IMG/VR virus record: IMGVR_UViG_3300017766_003270 | Span: 1 to 24,382 of that record | Strand: one strand, 5' to 3' | Source of the DNA: a virus | Taxonomy: Duplodnaviria > Caudoviricetes | Length of the DNA: 24,382 nt | In this document: positions 23,648 through 24,382 of the stretch, piece after piece | How positions within the stretch are numbered: the stretch's first letter is position 1 | Layout of the letters: every line of letters starts with the position of its first letter | The notes under the pieces: generated by a model | Told to the model about the DNA's origin: nothing | The model's database searches: none | What the model saw: only the letters and a program-made list of their open reading frames with translations | Made by a program: the position numbers and the translations under genes

Positions 23648-24382
23648 ATGGAAAACCTACGCGAAGCACTAGAACAAGCATTTGACACTGAAAAAACAAC
23701 GGCAACAACAGTTGAAAGCACAGAAACGCTGCCCGAAGCTAACCATCAGCAAGAACAGCCCCGAGACGAACAAGGCAAATACACGACTCCCGAGCAAAGT
23801 GAAAACACACCGATAGAACAACCGGAAATCAAAGCCCCGTCAAGCTGGAAGGCAGAGGCAAAACAAGCCTATATTAAAGCCGAGCGGGGGGAAGCATTAA
23901 CACCGCAGGAAATCAAGATTCTGACCGCTGAAGCTAATCGGCGAGAATCGGATTTTCTGAAAGGGATTGAAGAGTTTAAAGGCCATGCACACAGGGCGCG
24001 GGCATTTGAACAGGCAATATCACCTTATATGCAAAACATTCAGCGCACGGGACTAGATGCGCCTCAAGCAATTCAAAGGTTATTGCACGCCGATAACACT
24101 TTGCGCAACAGCGACCCAGTAACAAAAGCGCAATATCTACAGCAATTAGCCCAAGAATATGGCGTTGACCTAGGGTTAGCGCAGCAACCGCAAAACATTG
24201 ATCCGCAAACGCAATATTTAATGAACCAGTTAAATGAGTTGCGCCAAACTCAACAGTTATGGCAAAATTCATTACAACAGCAAGAGCAAGTAAAAGCGAA
24301 CCACGAACTGGCGCAATTTGCAACAGCTGATAAAGAGCATTTTGACGCGGTGCGCAACGACATGGCCGACCTGCTGGAATCA
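23648..24382 (+). CDS. Scaffolding-like protein (3' truncated)
   Basis: Hand translation MENLREALEQAFD...RDEQGKY...APSSWK...RRESDFLKGIEEFK, open to the window end; acidic/Gln-rich; lies downstream of the portal; absent from the ORF track because it has no stop. Confidence 0.75.
   Translation, partial: MENLREALEQAFDTEKTTATTVESTETLPEANHQQEQPRDEQGKYTTPEQSENTPIEQPEIKAPSSWKAEAKQAYIKAERGEALTPQEIKILTAEANRRESDFLKGIEEFKGHAHRARAFEQAISPYMQNIQRTGLDAPQAIQRLLHADNTLRNSDPVTKAQYLQQLAQEYGVDLGLAQQPQNIDPQTQYLMNQLNELRQTQQLWQNSLQQQEQVKANHELAQFATADKEHFDAVRNDMADLLES

Noticed and set aside
23976-24323. Minus-strand 115-aa ORF
   Set aside because: Shadow of the scaffold-like gene on the plus strand

Overview
A 24.4-kb piece of a tailed dsDNA phage genome with a P22-like portal and a lambdoid-style early region; a betaproteobacterial host is a guess from gene content. 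Left to right: (1) end of the virion module (partial ejection-type protein, ferritin-like protein, tail fibre with S74 chaperone); (2) a lysis region with several holin-like genes, an SNase nuclease and an M15 endolysin; (3) a leftward early operon (Sak annealase, YqaJ exonuclease, DUF6948 plus a Gly-repeat protein, small accessory genes); (4) a rightward cro-like/replication/nin operon with origin iterons; (5) a separately promoted accessory operon; (6) a ~600-nt highly structured non-coding region; (7) a degenerate HNH gene; (8) terminases, portal, an inserted fibre module and the start of a scaffold-like gene. No integrase or CI-type repressor is visible. Best leads: the promoter-driven structured RNA at ~15045-15640 with a nested tRNA-like domain, the kissing-loop leader in front of the replication gene, and two tandem paralogues resembling the defence-associated DUF3780 family. 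All family assignments come from motif recognition by eye, not database searches.
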